From Chrysomallon squamiferum (Eukaryota > Animalia > Mollusca): a DNA stretch of 64,000 nucleotides. The stretch spans positions 13,516,001-13,580,000 of the forward strand of contig CM022665.1 of the NCBI GenBank assembly GCA_012295275.1, written 5' to 3'. Shown here one piece after another: positions 1-14,495 of this stretch (position 1 is its first letter; each line of letters starts with the position of its first letter). Below the pieces are notes generated by a model, which did no database searches, was not told the DNA's origin, and saw only the letters and a list, made by a program, of their open reading frames with translations. The position numbers and the translations under genes were made by a program.

Positions 1-173
1 AATTTTTATAATGTTTTATAATATTTAAAATGTATTGTAATGCTAAATAATTATGATTGTGTGGTCCATTAAAATAAAGTATAATATGGTGTTTAATTGC
101 TAGAGACTTCCTTTTTTAAATTTATTTATATTTTTTTATTCTTTTTTTTCTTTTTTTGTGATGTTTCTTACAG

Positions 174-226
174 AGTAATGTTGGCAAACAAACCAACAAC
201 ATCTCACCATCATGGGAATTTTGCCA
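174..226 (+). CDS. ADGB: Possible additional ADGB exon (VMLANKPTTSHHHGNFA)
   Basis: Long polypyrimidine tract and tttcttacAG acceptor; ends phase 1, compatible with exon 603. Donor A|GTTATT is weak and there is no recognisable homology. Confidence 0.35.
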
Positions 227-602
227 GTTATTTACTCATTCTTTTTTGTTTACCTTCATCTTGCAGTAAATTGCAAGAAAAATATAGAATAGGCTAAATG
301 AATTACTACAGAATTATTGTGTTATTGTTATCTTTTATTATAGCCTGGCACATCTACAATCATATAAGACACTTAGAAATGATTACAATTTTTTTTTTAG
401 CACAACTACATTAAAATGGAAATATAATTATCATTTTACTCTTCAAACTGTATTTATTAATGGGCTTTCAAAAATAAATTGCCTTGTACACAATTTTAAC
501 AATTAAAATACTTAAATTTATGTAAAAATTTATGATTAACTATTATTTTTGTTTCTTTTTTAATGACATTTATCATATTGTTTTTCTTTTGTAAATATTC
601 AG

Positions 603-1054
603 CGGATAAAAAAGAAAGTTTTGTGAAATCTGCACATACAGACCATGCAACATCAGATACTCATGAAAGTATTATTCTACATGACAACGCTGAAGAAGCT
701 GATGAACACAAACCTGAGGCAGAGGTGGCCTGTGTTGAGGATACTGAAAGTCAAAAACCTAAAAAGATTTGGGTGGATTTTGACCATTTCACAATATGTT
801 TTAAGTAAGTGAAACCTTTATTCTGATTTGTATTATAATGTTCTCATATATTATTGCTGGAAATAATAATAAAATATATTAGTAGTTATCACAACTACTA
901 TGTCAACAACAATAATATTCATAGTGGTATTCATAATTATAATTAAGTAAACAAATAATAGACATATTATTAAGAATAATGTTAGAAAAACATGAATGAT
1001 AAATACACTGGTGTGCATGGTGGGAGAACTGGTGGGTAGGTGTGTCAGTGTTGT

Positions 1055-1113
<59 letters not shown>

Positions 1114-1410
1114 TTTCTGTCTGTATGGATGGGTGTATGAAAAGGTATTTTTATATGTAATACATAGTTTATGATTATTATTATTATTATTAATATTTTT
1201 TAAAAAACAGGACTATCTTCATTTTCCATAAGCCAAACACATACTTGTGTAATCAGAAATATTCAGATCTCAGAGTAAGTAGCATTTTTGTATTTGTTGT
1301 TAGTTACTATTTTAATTCTGTTTCCTTGGATTTGTTCTGACATACTATCTTTATATTAATAGTAGAAATATATGCACTTATTTTGTTTGATTCATTTTAT
1401 TCATTCACAA

Positions 1411-1448
<38 letters not shown>

Positions 1449-4238
1449 AAAATGAGGAGGGAAGGGAGAAAATGTTTTGATTCAGAGTAGAATCAATTAC
1501 TTTTTATATCTATATATATATATACAAATGTAAAAGGTTCATGTAGTGGGTTTATTATTATTATTTTTTTATTTTTTTTATTTCATTAATAACCTAAACT
1601 ATTCTTAGCCAGTTTATGGATAAAAATACTCTTGGTTCCCACAGGTTTTCAGGGCTCCTCCTTGTTAATGAAAAATCTCATGCTGTATGTCAAAAGTACC
1701 TGTTTAAATGGCACTAAATATTTGTTGATTGTACTGGAACTCGTAGACTTAGGTTTACCTTTTGGATTATTCAGTCAAGTTTATGGAGGGAGTAAGAACT
1801 TATTTAGACAGTTATTTTGTTTATTAGTAAAGTTAGAATAGAAATTAATTTTTTTGTTTGTTTCTGTTTCTATAAAACAGGAAAATGCATCAAGCCCTCA
1901 GGTTTGTTTATCTGTATATTCTGTAGATGCATAAAACATCACAAAGTTGCTATATAATATGAGTTTTCACCAATTTTTTTTTTTTTTTTTCTTTTTTTTT
2001 TCTGTGTGTGTGTTGTTTTGAAAAGTAGAAATGCACAATAATCAAGTTTACATTTTTCAGTCACCAAGTGAGTATGCTGAATAAAATATTTAGTGAACAG
2101 CCTGGTTTTGAGTGTCATAACATCTTTAACATTATGGAACTATTGTTTTATTTTAAAATTAAAATTGTAAACAATAAAAAAATAATAAAAACTTATTTTT
2201 AATAAAACAACTTTGATATTTGATTTCTTTTCTTTTTTTAAACAGTCTTTTGGTTTGTTTTGGGGTTTTTTGCTGTCTTTGCAGAACTTTTTCTTAAAAT
2301 TCAGTTGATTTCATTTTGTTCATTTTTATCATGAAATAATTGCTTAAATTACTATTAATTTTTTATTAATGTTTTCAAAAAAGAAAAAATATTTAAATTG
2401 CTAATTATAATTTTCCAGACATTTGAAGTTTTTTTGCAGGAAATTATATAAAATATTTAAGTAATGGTGGATAAAATGATGCAATATGATAAAGTAAATT
2501 TTGCTTTTGATGTAGAACATTTTGAATCCAAATACTGACTGTTCATTTTACAGAGAATAGAAATAAAAGCTAGAAAGTAGTTAACATTCATGAACTTTGT
2601 TTTATATTTATGATTGGTTTTAGAAATTATGATTATCTTTTTCTTTGAGACATATTAAAACATTTCAGTTACAAACTAAAAAAAACAAAAAACATTCATG
2701 CATACATATATTTACACACATTCACATTATCTGTAGGTTGACAGTGAATGAATGATTTCATATAATATATTAAACTCTATTTTGCACAAATAATTTTTTC
2801 TTTTAATTAATTTCTAAAAAATGTATAATCTTTTTCATTTATACATTTAGGCCCTGACTCTTGTAAAATTAATTATTTCCATACCCTTCTGTTACTGCAC
2901 ATTACTGACATCAATTATAGCTTCAGTACAGAATTTAACATATCATTATTGTTAAAACTTTATTTAAACTCCTGTTAATATTTTTCAGTTTTATTATTAC
3001 ATAAATCACTGATTATCACTTATTATTATTTTTTTTTTCATTTTTATGACTTATGAATTTTTTTTTTTTATATTATGCAAATAATTATAGTACATATTTT
3101 GTTTGATAAAGACCTTCAAGAATATCTAATTTTAAGCAAGTTTTAAATTCTACATTATTTGCTAAATTCTTTTATAACTTGGGGCAGGTTTATTTTATTG
3201 ATATCAACATTCCTATTAAGCAGCTGTTAAGAATATAATTAAAGTCAATAATTTTGAATTTTTTCAAATTTTATTTCTTTATTTTTTCAACATTGTAATA
3301 AAAACCTGGGTGGTATTATAATTACCAATAAATAAATAAAAATAAATTAATTAATTAATGTTCAAATACTTGAGAAACAGTGCATCTAAATAACGAAAAT
3401 GTTTCATGTCCTTAGGATATTAAATACTTTATTTTAAGTTTATATTAATTTTATTTTTAGTAATTTATTAATTTTTTTTTAATAACTAAATGCATTTATT
3501 TGATTTTAAATACTGTATCATTTGTATTTGCTATTACATTTTTTATTATTTATTTAATTTTGATTTATGAGTTATCTTAAATTTTGTCTTTGTTTAAGTT
3601 TGTTAAAATGAATAATACAGTACATGTGAAACCTAACAGATGCTTCTAAACTGAGTGATTGATTTTAACATGTAAATTTTCTGTGCATGTTTGTGTTGCT
3701 GTTTTTCTAAACACTGAAAAACAATAAAATAAAACATTATTAATGTTTTGGTATGCAGTGAGTTTACTGCATTCAGTTCCACACTGCACAGGAATGGTAT
3801 ACAACATGTTCATTTATTTAAAAAAAAAATTCTTCTTATTTTATTTGTTCTATATTCACATATGTACTTTTCAGAATGTTGTACCAGCAGGGGGCCCATC
3901 TACAGGTAAAGGTGATAAAAAAACAGGAGCAGCTGCTTCTGGGGTAAATTCAACAGCCTTGAAGATTCCCCATACTCCCTCATTCCCCCAATTTACTTCC
4001 AATATATCTGGTGTGAGTACTGTGCATGTATATGATACTGCAGGCATAATCCAGACAAAGTGTTGTAAAACTCTGCCCTTTTAAATAACATGTTTTTAAT
4101 AAATATCTCACCAGTAGTGGGTTAGTGATATATTGAAACATTTCGAGTTAAAATAAGTTATTAAGCCTAAATATTAAAATATAATAATTAACTTAAAATA
4201 AAAAAAATAAGAACAGTTCCTAAATTTAAAAATATATA

Positions 4239-4272
<34 letters not shown>

Positions 4273-5844
4273 AAGAAAGAAAAATTTAAAAATTAATCAT
4301 TTATTTGCATATTTATAAAACAATTTGCTTCAAAAATTCAAATTATATTGAAACAACCATAATGATTATAGTCTTAACTGGAAAAGTTTTAAATAAAATT
4401 TAAAATAAAGCTTTTGGCAGTTAAAGATATTTGGTTGAATTGTCATAAAACAATATATTTAAGCTATTTTGTCAGAAACTATCTATATAATTTTTATCGA
4501 AATGTCTTTATATTATTTTATAGATTAGCTATAAAAAGAAATAATAATTAATTAATGAATAATATTGAAAAATACATAATTAACAAATATTGCTAAGTGA
4601 ACAATACTTGAAACAGATTAATTGCACTGAAAATTAGTAAAATGCTAAAAAGAAATGGCAGAGTTTCATTTAACATTTTTGTCCTAGACAATTTCCCCCA
4701 TAATTCAAAACTGGTACATTTGATTTTTTCTTTGTTCCTTTATTGAATTTTTTTTTTCTACTTTTTTCTTTGCTTTTAATTAACATACTTAGAAATTGCT
4801 TTTGTTTCTTCTGCTTTTTAATTTTTATAAAAATTAAAAAATAAAAATAAAATAATAAAAAAAGTTTAAATTATTTTTAAAAAGTTATCTAACAAATATT
4901 GTTTCTACACTTTATAGTTAGTTTTTAAATGTTTACCAAGATTGCACCAAAATATTTTTTGAATCCAATGTACCTCTTAGAGATTGGTAACTTAATAAAA
5001 AAATGTATTCAACTTAGCCTGCAGTAGATTATTTATGTATTCACTCAGCTTTAAAAAAAAGAAGTAAAAACTAGATTATATGTTGTGCACAGTTTTTAAT
5101 TCAGTCCTGTTTATACATAATTCTGCACAGTTTTCAAATTTATAAATGTGTTACACATTTAAAAATGGTTGTGGTTTAACTGCCAAATAAGACTAGTTGT
5201 GTAGACAGGAAGCATTTTAAAATACAAATTAATAAGTATTTAATTCTGTAAAAAAAAAAAAAAAAATCACATATAACAGTAAATAGTTTTTTTATGTCAA
5301 ATGATCCTATTTAAATGAATATATATATATATAAAAGTAATAAAATATAATAATAAAAATAAATAATGATAAAAAAAAACAACAACACAATTTTATTTTT
5401 TAAAAGCTCCCATTTTAAAGTTAAATTTATTTACATGATTATTATAAAAAGTTTATAAATTAAAAAAGAAGGGAGAGAAAAGGTTAAACATATTGATAAA
5501 TAATTTGTGCAGAACAGTTTATAAACAGTGAAGATTTCAAAATTGTGATCAACTTATAATTATAATCTTTTTACACTCCCATATTACTTTTTTTAGTTAG
5601 CATGAGCTGTATCATATAATGCTACTTCCATATTGCATGAGTCAAGCAAATATTAATTTATGAGGTTGCCATTAAAAATATGAATATGTTTGAAAGAAGT
5701 AAAAGTTTAAGGTAATAATAATCTTGGGTTTTGTCAAGGGAGTTTGATGGGGATTTTTCATGTTTCAAAGTTTTGGTATTGTTAAAATATTTTTGTTTTT
5801 ATTTGAGGTTACTTTTATTTTACTTTGTTTATTTATTTATCTAT

Positions 5845-5887
<43 letters not shown>

Positions 5888-8800
5888 TTATAAATTATTA
5901 TCTTATTTCATTATTATTATTTAATCTTTATTGCATTTTTATCTTTTCAGCTGTTTAAAATTTACATTTATCAATATTTATGAAGTTATGAAAAAAAGAA
6001 GCCATTTTGACTATAAAATAGAATACTTAGGAAAGTAAAAACTAAAAGTTGATGGGAATAAATAAATCATCTGAAAAGTTATTATTTCAAAGTGGATTCA
6101 TTTATTCTTCATATGAAAATAGTTTTTTTATTATTAAAAGGAAATCATAATAAGAATGATTAAGATAATCCTTTAATCCAGTATAATATAGGATAATCCA
6201 GTAGTTATGTATCTTATCTATATTCAACTTGTTCTCGCACTTCAGTGTCATCAGATTAATATTAATGGCTTCTCTTATTTGAGTTCTGTTATTTGTTTAA
6301 TGTTTTGGGGTTTTTAGATTTGTTTTTGTAAATTATAACAGTTGTGAAACTTTAAAAATAATAATTTATAAAACCTACAAATATTTTTGTTGATTATTCT
6401 TTTTTTATTATACTTATTTTTATTTTATTTTTTTTCTGCCTGCAATTAAAACTGATAAAAAAAAAAAAAAAAAAAATTAGAAAGCATTTAAAGAAAAACT
6501 GCATGGCAAATTGTATATTAAGACTTAAAACTTTGATTATTAATAAATTAATGAATTTTACACAATATTAAGTGACCTTATAGAGCATGCATTTGCTTTC
6601 ATCTCTGGCAAACCTAAAGTATTTATTACCTTTCTCTATTCCTGTTTCCTTCATCTGTACAGTGACGATATAGCCTTTCATGTATTTGTTTAAATCTGTA
6701 ACAGGGAGTAGTGCTAGCTGTTGGTTTCTTGTACCTATATCTGTTTATTACTAACCTCTGTGTCTTGCTATAAATATAGTGAAGATACAACAGTTCATTA
6801 TTGTTTATGATTGTTTTATAAGTATCACCAATTTTTCCACTGTATCATTTAAGATAAAAATCTTGTGGCAGTGTAACTTAAATATTTCTGATTATACATG
6901 AGGATGCAGTGGTGTGCAGGGGTGGAGCTGCTGTGGCCCCGGCCATCCAAATGGGGGGGGTGCATCCAGCCAGAGAAAAGAACTTAATAAATCTGGATGA
7001 TTTATATTTAAATCGAGTAATGTCTTTGTTATGTTTCATCAGTGTTTACATATTCAAAATATCTTCCTTTCAAATAATATTTTCAGTTTTAGGCCTTATA
7101 CTTGAGTCTTTGGGGCATACAATAAAGGAGTTGGCCCCGGGCATCACCAGATCCCTGCACACCACTGTGAGGATGACCAGAATCACTCAAAAAACATCAA
7201 ATTTTAAAACTGCTAAAAGATACTGACCATTAATTACTTTCAACATTTTTCAAAATATGTTACTAAATGCTGTCTTTATTTTATATTTACCCATGACATA
7301 TACTCGAACCATTTATTTGAAAAACAAAAAAATTGTTCATGCTTTTAGATTATTTTTCTTTATTTTACTTTATATTATTTTATATTTCTGATGATTTTCA
7401 GTTTTATTTAAACATTTTCATAAATGTTTCTTTTTCTTTTTTCTTTTTTATTATTTATATATATATATATATATATTTTAAAATGTATAACTATTTACAC
7501 TTATGTGGTAAAATTATCATAGTTTAGAAAATTTGTATTTCCAATTATGAATGAGATTCAAGCAACATATTAAAGGTTTTTATGTGCAGTATAGTAAGTG
7601 AGCAAGGCAGTGTTCACATAATGATCATTATATAGTGATGTTGAAACCCATAAAATACCTCCAGAGTAAATAATAAACAATTTAAAAGAAACAAAAACAA
7701 ATACACAAAATTATCATTTCTGAAATAACATGGAATATTCCAGCAGTTTTCAGTTCATTAAATACCCACCATGATTAATACAAATTTAAGTTTTGTCATA
7801 TATAATATTACATGTCGAAAGAGGTATTATTACTTTAACTCATAACTGACTAATAATTAATGTGTTTTTATTTTTATTATTTTCAGCAGCCAACTATGGA
7901 TGAGCGACAACCACATTATTTGTGTATCCTTTATCTCCAAGTGCTTCAAGTTTTTATACATAATTATTTTATTTCTTAAGTTAAATATATAATAACTTAC
8001 AGTCTTAAATAGATTTTAAAAGTTAAAAAAATGTATCTACATGTTCATGACCAATAAATGAAAGAAAATGTTTCAGATGTTATGATTGACATATCGAAGG
8101 CTTTGGTTTGAACTTTCATGTCTACTCAAAGGGTCCTATAAAAGATATCTTGCTGTGATTTGAAAAAGAAGTCTTTTATTTGGCAACACATGTTTTCCTT
8201 TTTCATTATTTATATGGTCCTTAACCATATGAATAACAATATGTAACTGTTGACTTAAACATGTTGAATACATCTTTAAAATATTTCTCCTTTCTTTCCA
8301 TATTGTTACTATTTATTCTTATGTTATAGCTATTGTGATGTTTTAAAATATAAATTTTTGTATCCAATCCAAATTTATATATCCTTGACCAATGTCAAGT
8401 TGTTGACAGTCTGAAACCAACAGAAATTGTCATTTCATTTTCCTCTCTGCCTCGTTGGTTTGAGCCACCTGTTGTCTCAGATGACAAGAAGTCTCATGGG
8501 AATTTGAAAAAAGACAAGGATATTGAGAAAGAGGCAACAGGACTCACTTGTAGCAGCCTGATGGAAGGTGAGTTAAACTGACAGAATGATACAGTTTAAA
8601 AAATAATAATAATATAATGTGGTCTCGGTTTCATGAGACATTTTTAGAAGTGAAAATTGTTAGAGAATGACTGAAGCCCAATTGGTGAGTTAGACTGATA
8701 CATTGGCCTCATGATGAAAAGTCCATTGGTGAATTTAACTGATACATTTTGAAAAATAATAATAATAAAATAATTTGTTCACTATTTTGTATGCATGAAA

Positions 8801-11800
8801 ATATTTTTAGAAGTGATAACTGTTAGAGAATGACTGAAGTTCTATTGACTAATTACTGTTTTCATTCTTAAGTTACTTCTGTCAGAAATCTTCACCATAC
8901 TAAAAACATGCATTATATACTTAAAAATTCCATCATTATAAATAAAAAATTACAAAAAAAATTTAAATTAATAATAAATACAAAATTTTTCTTATGTAGG
9001 CAAAAGTTTGCCAATTCTCAGTGACTTCTGTGTCCAGATATGAGTTTAACAAAATATTAGGATCAGATATTAGTATTTAATTTTTGACAGATTATTATTG
9101 AGTCTGTTGAATGATTATGAGACATACCTCAACAGTAACTTTTATTTCCATTATTTAAAAGTAGATTTATATATACATTACAGTATCAGTTTCATTTGTT
9201 TGGGATTTTTTTTTTTTACTTAATGCCTTCAGAGGAGACACATGAACATCAAGGTAAAATTTATCATTTGTTCATTTATATTGGTAGTTTTGTAAGAGAA
9301 ATTAGTGTCAACAAATTATAGGGTTTTTCTTCTTAATTGTATGCATATATATTTGTGTCTGTATATGTGTATATGCAGGCAGTTAAGAGATAATAGAGAT
9401 TATACATTTTTTATTATTATGTTGTCATCATTTAAAATGTTTAATTTGTAGGTTCTCTTGGTCGAGAGCAGATGTCAGCTCCTGTTGCTGTCCAGCCAGG
9501 AACTCTGGTTGCAGAACCTTATTCCTGGAAAAGTCTTGTTACAGGACAGCCAGTTCTTCATCTCAAAACAACAGCAACACGAGCTGCAGTTCTTAACCTA
9601 CCAGCAGGGTATTGTACTGTTTGTAATAACCAATAATTACATACACGTTTTTATAGATAGCTGATATATATGTCATTATATATCCGTCCCAATCCTTGTA
9701 CAGATCCTGTTAGTACTAAATCATATCATACAGATTTAATTTGTAGAGATTCATCCCATTTCTAAATAACAACCAGATCCAAGTTATATATTATATTGTA
9801 TGTGTTACATGTTGCAAAGTAATTCAGATCCAGCTTTTCCAATGTGGTATCATATTGATCCATATGTTACATATAACACCTGTCATAAGTCACATCATGA
9901 AAATTTATTTCATATAATTATATCAAATCCTTTCAATGTTAGTTAAACACAGCCTTATACAATAGTACCAATCACAGAATGTTAAGATGCACAAAACATT
10001 TCCATTTCATGTAGTCATTTCCAAAGTAATCTTAATATAATTAAAGGTGATTTTTTTATTTTATTATTATTTGTTTATATATATATATTTATATATAAAA
10101 TAAATAAAAATTAATAACAATATTTATTTGATTAATTATTATTATTATTAATTATTATTTATTTTTTAATTTTTAGGGCATTGTGTTTGAAAAGACAAGC
10201 AATAGATAGGTTAATGAATCATATATATTTTTATGTTTCAGACGTCATGTTTTACGATTCATGATGAAGAGTCCATTGGCCTATCACATTCATCTTTGTT
10301 CTTCTACTCAGTTTGTGTTTGGTGATGAGGATACTGTTATGGCTCAGCTCACTACTGTAAGTTCCTTTTGATAAAACCATGTCATAGATTGTTGTCATTA
10401 TTGTGATTATTATTGTAATTATTGTGATTGTTATTTTTATTGTTATTACTATTATTATTATTATTATTATCATCATCATTATTATTATTGTATTATTATT
10501 ATTATTATTATTATTATATTATTATTATTATTATTATATCATTATTGTCTTTGTTGTAATTATTATGATTATTATAATATAGCAGCAGTTTCTTTGCATT
10601 TAATTTACAGATTATAGATTTAGTTAATTCAGCAGTAGACCTGCCATCCATCAGTTTAATAGATTTTTAGAAAACAAACACCTAACAAATGTTTTTTTTT
10701 AAGAAGGATATAGCTTAGATATTTAATTTTACTAAATGTTTATATTCTCTGTCAAACTGCTTCAAACACTGCATTTCTGTTTTTAATTTATCAATCTACC
10801 ATTTTTCCTTCTCTCTTTCTCGCCCCTTTTTCTGTCACACACAGCTTCTCTCTCAGAAATTTTCCTAATGTACACTTTTCTTTAACATTTTCTGTTTCAA
10901 AAAGTATATAAAAATAAAGTTAAAAAATGACAGTAAAATAAATTTTTCATCTTGTTTTTACTCAGGAAAGTTGTCGTTTCCGTGACTGTGCAGTACAGGT
11001 GATACATAATCTTGGTAAATGTATCAATGCTCTGACCTCACCCAATCCCGAGACTTTCCAGCAGGCTTGGGAGGAGTTTATAGCTAGTCACTGCCCATAT
11101 CGTCATGACAAACAGATGTCCAAGAGACACCATTTTGAAGTAAGTATTTTATAAAAACACTTTCCTTAATTCACACAGTCAAATTTCTATTGTTTATCAT
11201 TGCATGTACATTTCTTTTTGTGGACAGTTACTGGTAAATATAATTTGTTCAGGTATCTGCAGACCTCATTTACACAGATCTCTCTTTAAAAATATTCATT
11301 ACTAACACATAAAAGATTAATTTGTAAGTCAAATAATTAGCTTTTTGGAGTGAATTTGTTATTTATTTGGCTAAACATTAACTGTTTATTATTTGTTGTC
11401 GCTGTGGTGTAATTAGTGTTATTATCATTTTCATCATCATTATTATTATTATTATTACCGTATATACTTGTGTATAAGTCGAATTTTGGGGAGATTATAT
11501 TAAGGTAATATTTTGGGGGTCGACTTATACATAGGTAATGCTTTTGTAGCTGTTGCTGAAGAGTCGCCATTTTGACTATTTTTTGCTACGGGATGCATCT
11601 AAAATAATCGCGGTCTTTCAGCTTTTCAAAAATATAATTTTATCGTATAAAAAAATTTGAAAAATTAAATAACAAAACCAAATATGAATGTAAAACATGA
11701 TATTCTTCCGTTTAATGACATAAAAATACATTTTAAAGTGAGAAAACCATCAGTACGGCGTCTTGCAATGATTTAGGCTATAGCTCGTGTAATACATGCA

Positions 11801-14446
11801 TTTACGTTATTATGGTATGTTCATGCAAGTTACAGCTCGTGCAAGTTATGTTACAGTAGGCGTACAATGTAGGCCTTCATGGCACTGTCACACTGGTCTA
11901 AAAATAGTGATGGTGCCTGGAATCTACAGTCGACTTATACACAAGTAATACCTAAAATGACGCAATTTTTGGTCTTAGAATACACATCGACTTATACATA
12001 AGGTCGCCTTGTACACAAGTATATACGGTATTATTATTATTATTTGTCAACAGATTTTCAATCAAGCCTTCTATGTGATGTTACGAAAGATCCTTCAAGA
12101 CATTCTTAGTCCTGAGCTGTCTTTTGCAATCCGGGCATTGGTTTTTGATGGGACAACACCAAATATTCTGAAACTTCGTTCTTTCAGTGCACCTGGTAAG
12201 GATTTTTATTTAATCCCAAACTTTGTCATATGTTTTAAAACCACCATAGTCACAACACCATTGCAGTTCTCAGTGTAGCACTTTTACTTTGACATTTTTA
12301 TATTTGTTAAATGTCAATGGCTTAAGACAAAATGATGCCAGTTTAACATTTAAAAAAAATAGTTTTTATATGTTTCACTTCCAAGTAAATGTTGGTTTAG
12401 TGACATTTAATTAGTAAATGTTAATTATATGGTTAAATAAATTTTAATTTTATTCCCATTTTTAAATTGTCTTTAAACATCACCAGAGAAATAACAAAAT
12501 ACTTAATATTTCATAATCCTCACCAGTTAAATTTGTTACTCAATTTAAAACTTTTTCTCTTTATTTGCCCTAGTTATTTTCTTCATATCATTACTTTTTT
12601 TTTTTACTTTTTTTTATGATAAAAATTAATTGAAATAGATTTTTATTTAAGAAACCGTGAAAGAAGATTTTCTATATTAAAATGTTGCTAAATGTGTTGT
12701 ATATGTCTATGTAACTGTGTAGATATGCACAGTATGTTTCACAATTTTGATAATGATCTTTTCTCGTTTTAAAACCTTGAAAACATAAGTATTGAAGGAT
12801 AGTAAAGCAGAAAATAATTGCAGAAATAATTTAATTTCTGTACATTATCTTAATGTACAAGTCTGTTCTTACTTTTATATAGTTATAATCCTTTATAATA
12901 AAATATTTATAATGTGTAAATATAAAAACTGAAACAAAATATTAAATAAATAAATGAAAATTATCAATTTGAAAAATATTTAATTAAAATATGCAGATAT
13001 AAAATAGATGAAGTATTTCTGCATGAGTAAATGAATATCTATTTTACAACACTAAAACTTGTTTTAATATTAAAACTTTTATTGTCCAAGATGTAGTTTG
13101 TTAAAAATTACTAGCCATGAAAATTAAAAGTTTTACTAACTGCATTAACAGCACCATTAATGACTGATTCAAAATTTATTCTAATGCACAATGAATAAAA
13201 CAACAAAATACAAGTTTACCAACTTGTGAAGCACTCTTTATCTTAAATTTGACAATAATTCAGAAGTAAAGCTTGATCCCATTTTCCTAATTATATATGT
13301 ATCTAAGGCAAAAATGTGCCTCTATGGTATATTCATCACTCAGCATTCTAATAATAATTTAAAAAATTATACACAAAAAAGAAAAACAAGAAAAAAGTAA
13401 AGTTTTATTGAAGTGATATTTTACTGAGCTGTTTGCTGAGAGGAGGTTTGTAACAGATGCTGTGCGATGCTAGTTTTATATCCATCTGACAATTAATACT
13501 TATTAATAAAGTGTAGAGTTTGATGTTATGTAGTTAATTACTTTAGTTTTCATTTTAAGTGTGTCTGTATGTGTATTTCTCTGTATCTGTGTTTGTGTGT
13601 GTGTGTGTGTGATATAAATATTTCAGAAAGAAAATACCAGTAAATATAATTGATATATCTAAAAGAATATACAACTTTTCTCATTTTCTTTTCTTTTATT
13701 TAAACCCATATTAAACAGCTCCATTCTCAATTACAAATATCTAAGTCACTGAGGCTTTATTTTTATTCTGTATAACTAACTATATATATATATATATATT
13801 AAAGATATACAAACAGAAATGTTACAACTGTACAGAATGACTCTTCATGTAGTGTGTGCATGCATACACTCTAGGTGTGGTGTGTGTGTAATGGCGTGTA
13901 GATTAACAAACAACTGGTTGCTTTCAGAGACTGGTTCTGCAGCCAGTCAGAGGGGCTCAGGTAGACTGAGTCAAAGACTGAAGCGTAAGTGATAAGACAT
14001 ATTGTTCAGTCTCTCATCTACATATCGTATTCTCAGTTGTCTTCTTCATTTTTTTCCTGCATTTTCTCATCTGCATTTGAAAGCAAAAATCTGCTCTCGA
14101 AAATTGTTTTCTGGTGTTACTGAAAAAATCAGGTTTTTGGAAATAACCTCTGTTTGTTTTATGTTTATGGGATGTCTTTTTCTTATTTTGTAATTTGTAC
14201 ATTTAATTTTGTTATTATAATTATATTATCGTTAATTTTGTTCATGTTGATGTTATTTTATTATTATTATTGTTGTTGTATTATGATTATTATTTTTATT
14301 TTTTTTTAAATAATTAGTTTATATTTATTTTGTTTTAAATTAAACTTACTAATAATTGTCTGTGAAAGTAAAATAATGATTGTTTTATTGGTAATCGTGG
14401 GACATTTATTCACATATTCAATATATTTATTCTTTTTATATTATTT

Positions 14447-14495
<49 letters not shown>

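Noticed and set aside
6909-7226. 105-aa ORF in an ADGB intron
   Set aside because: Coincides with the 261-bp MITE; no transposase or other motif.
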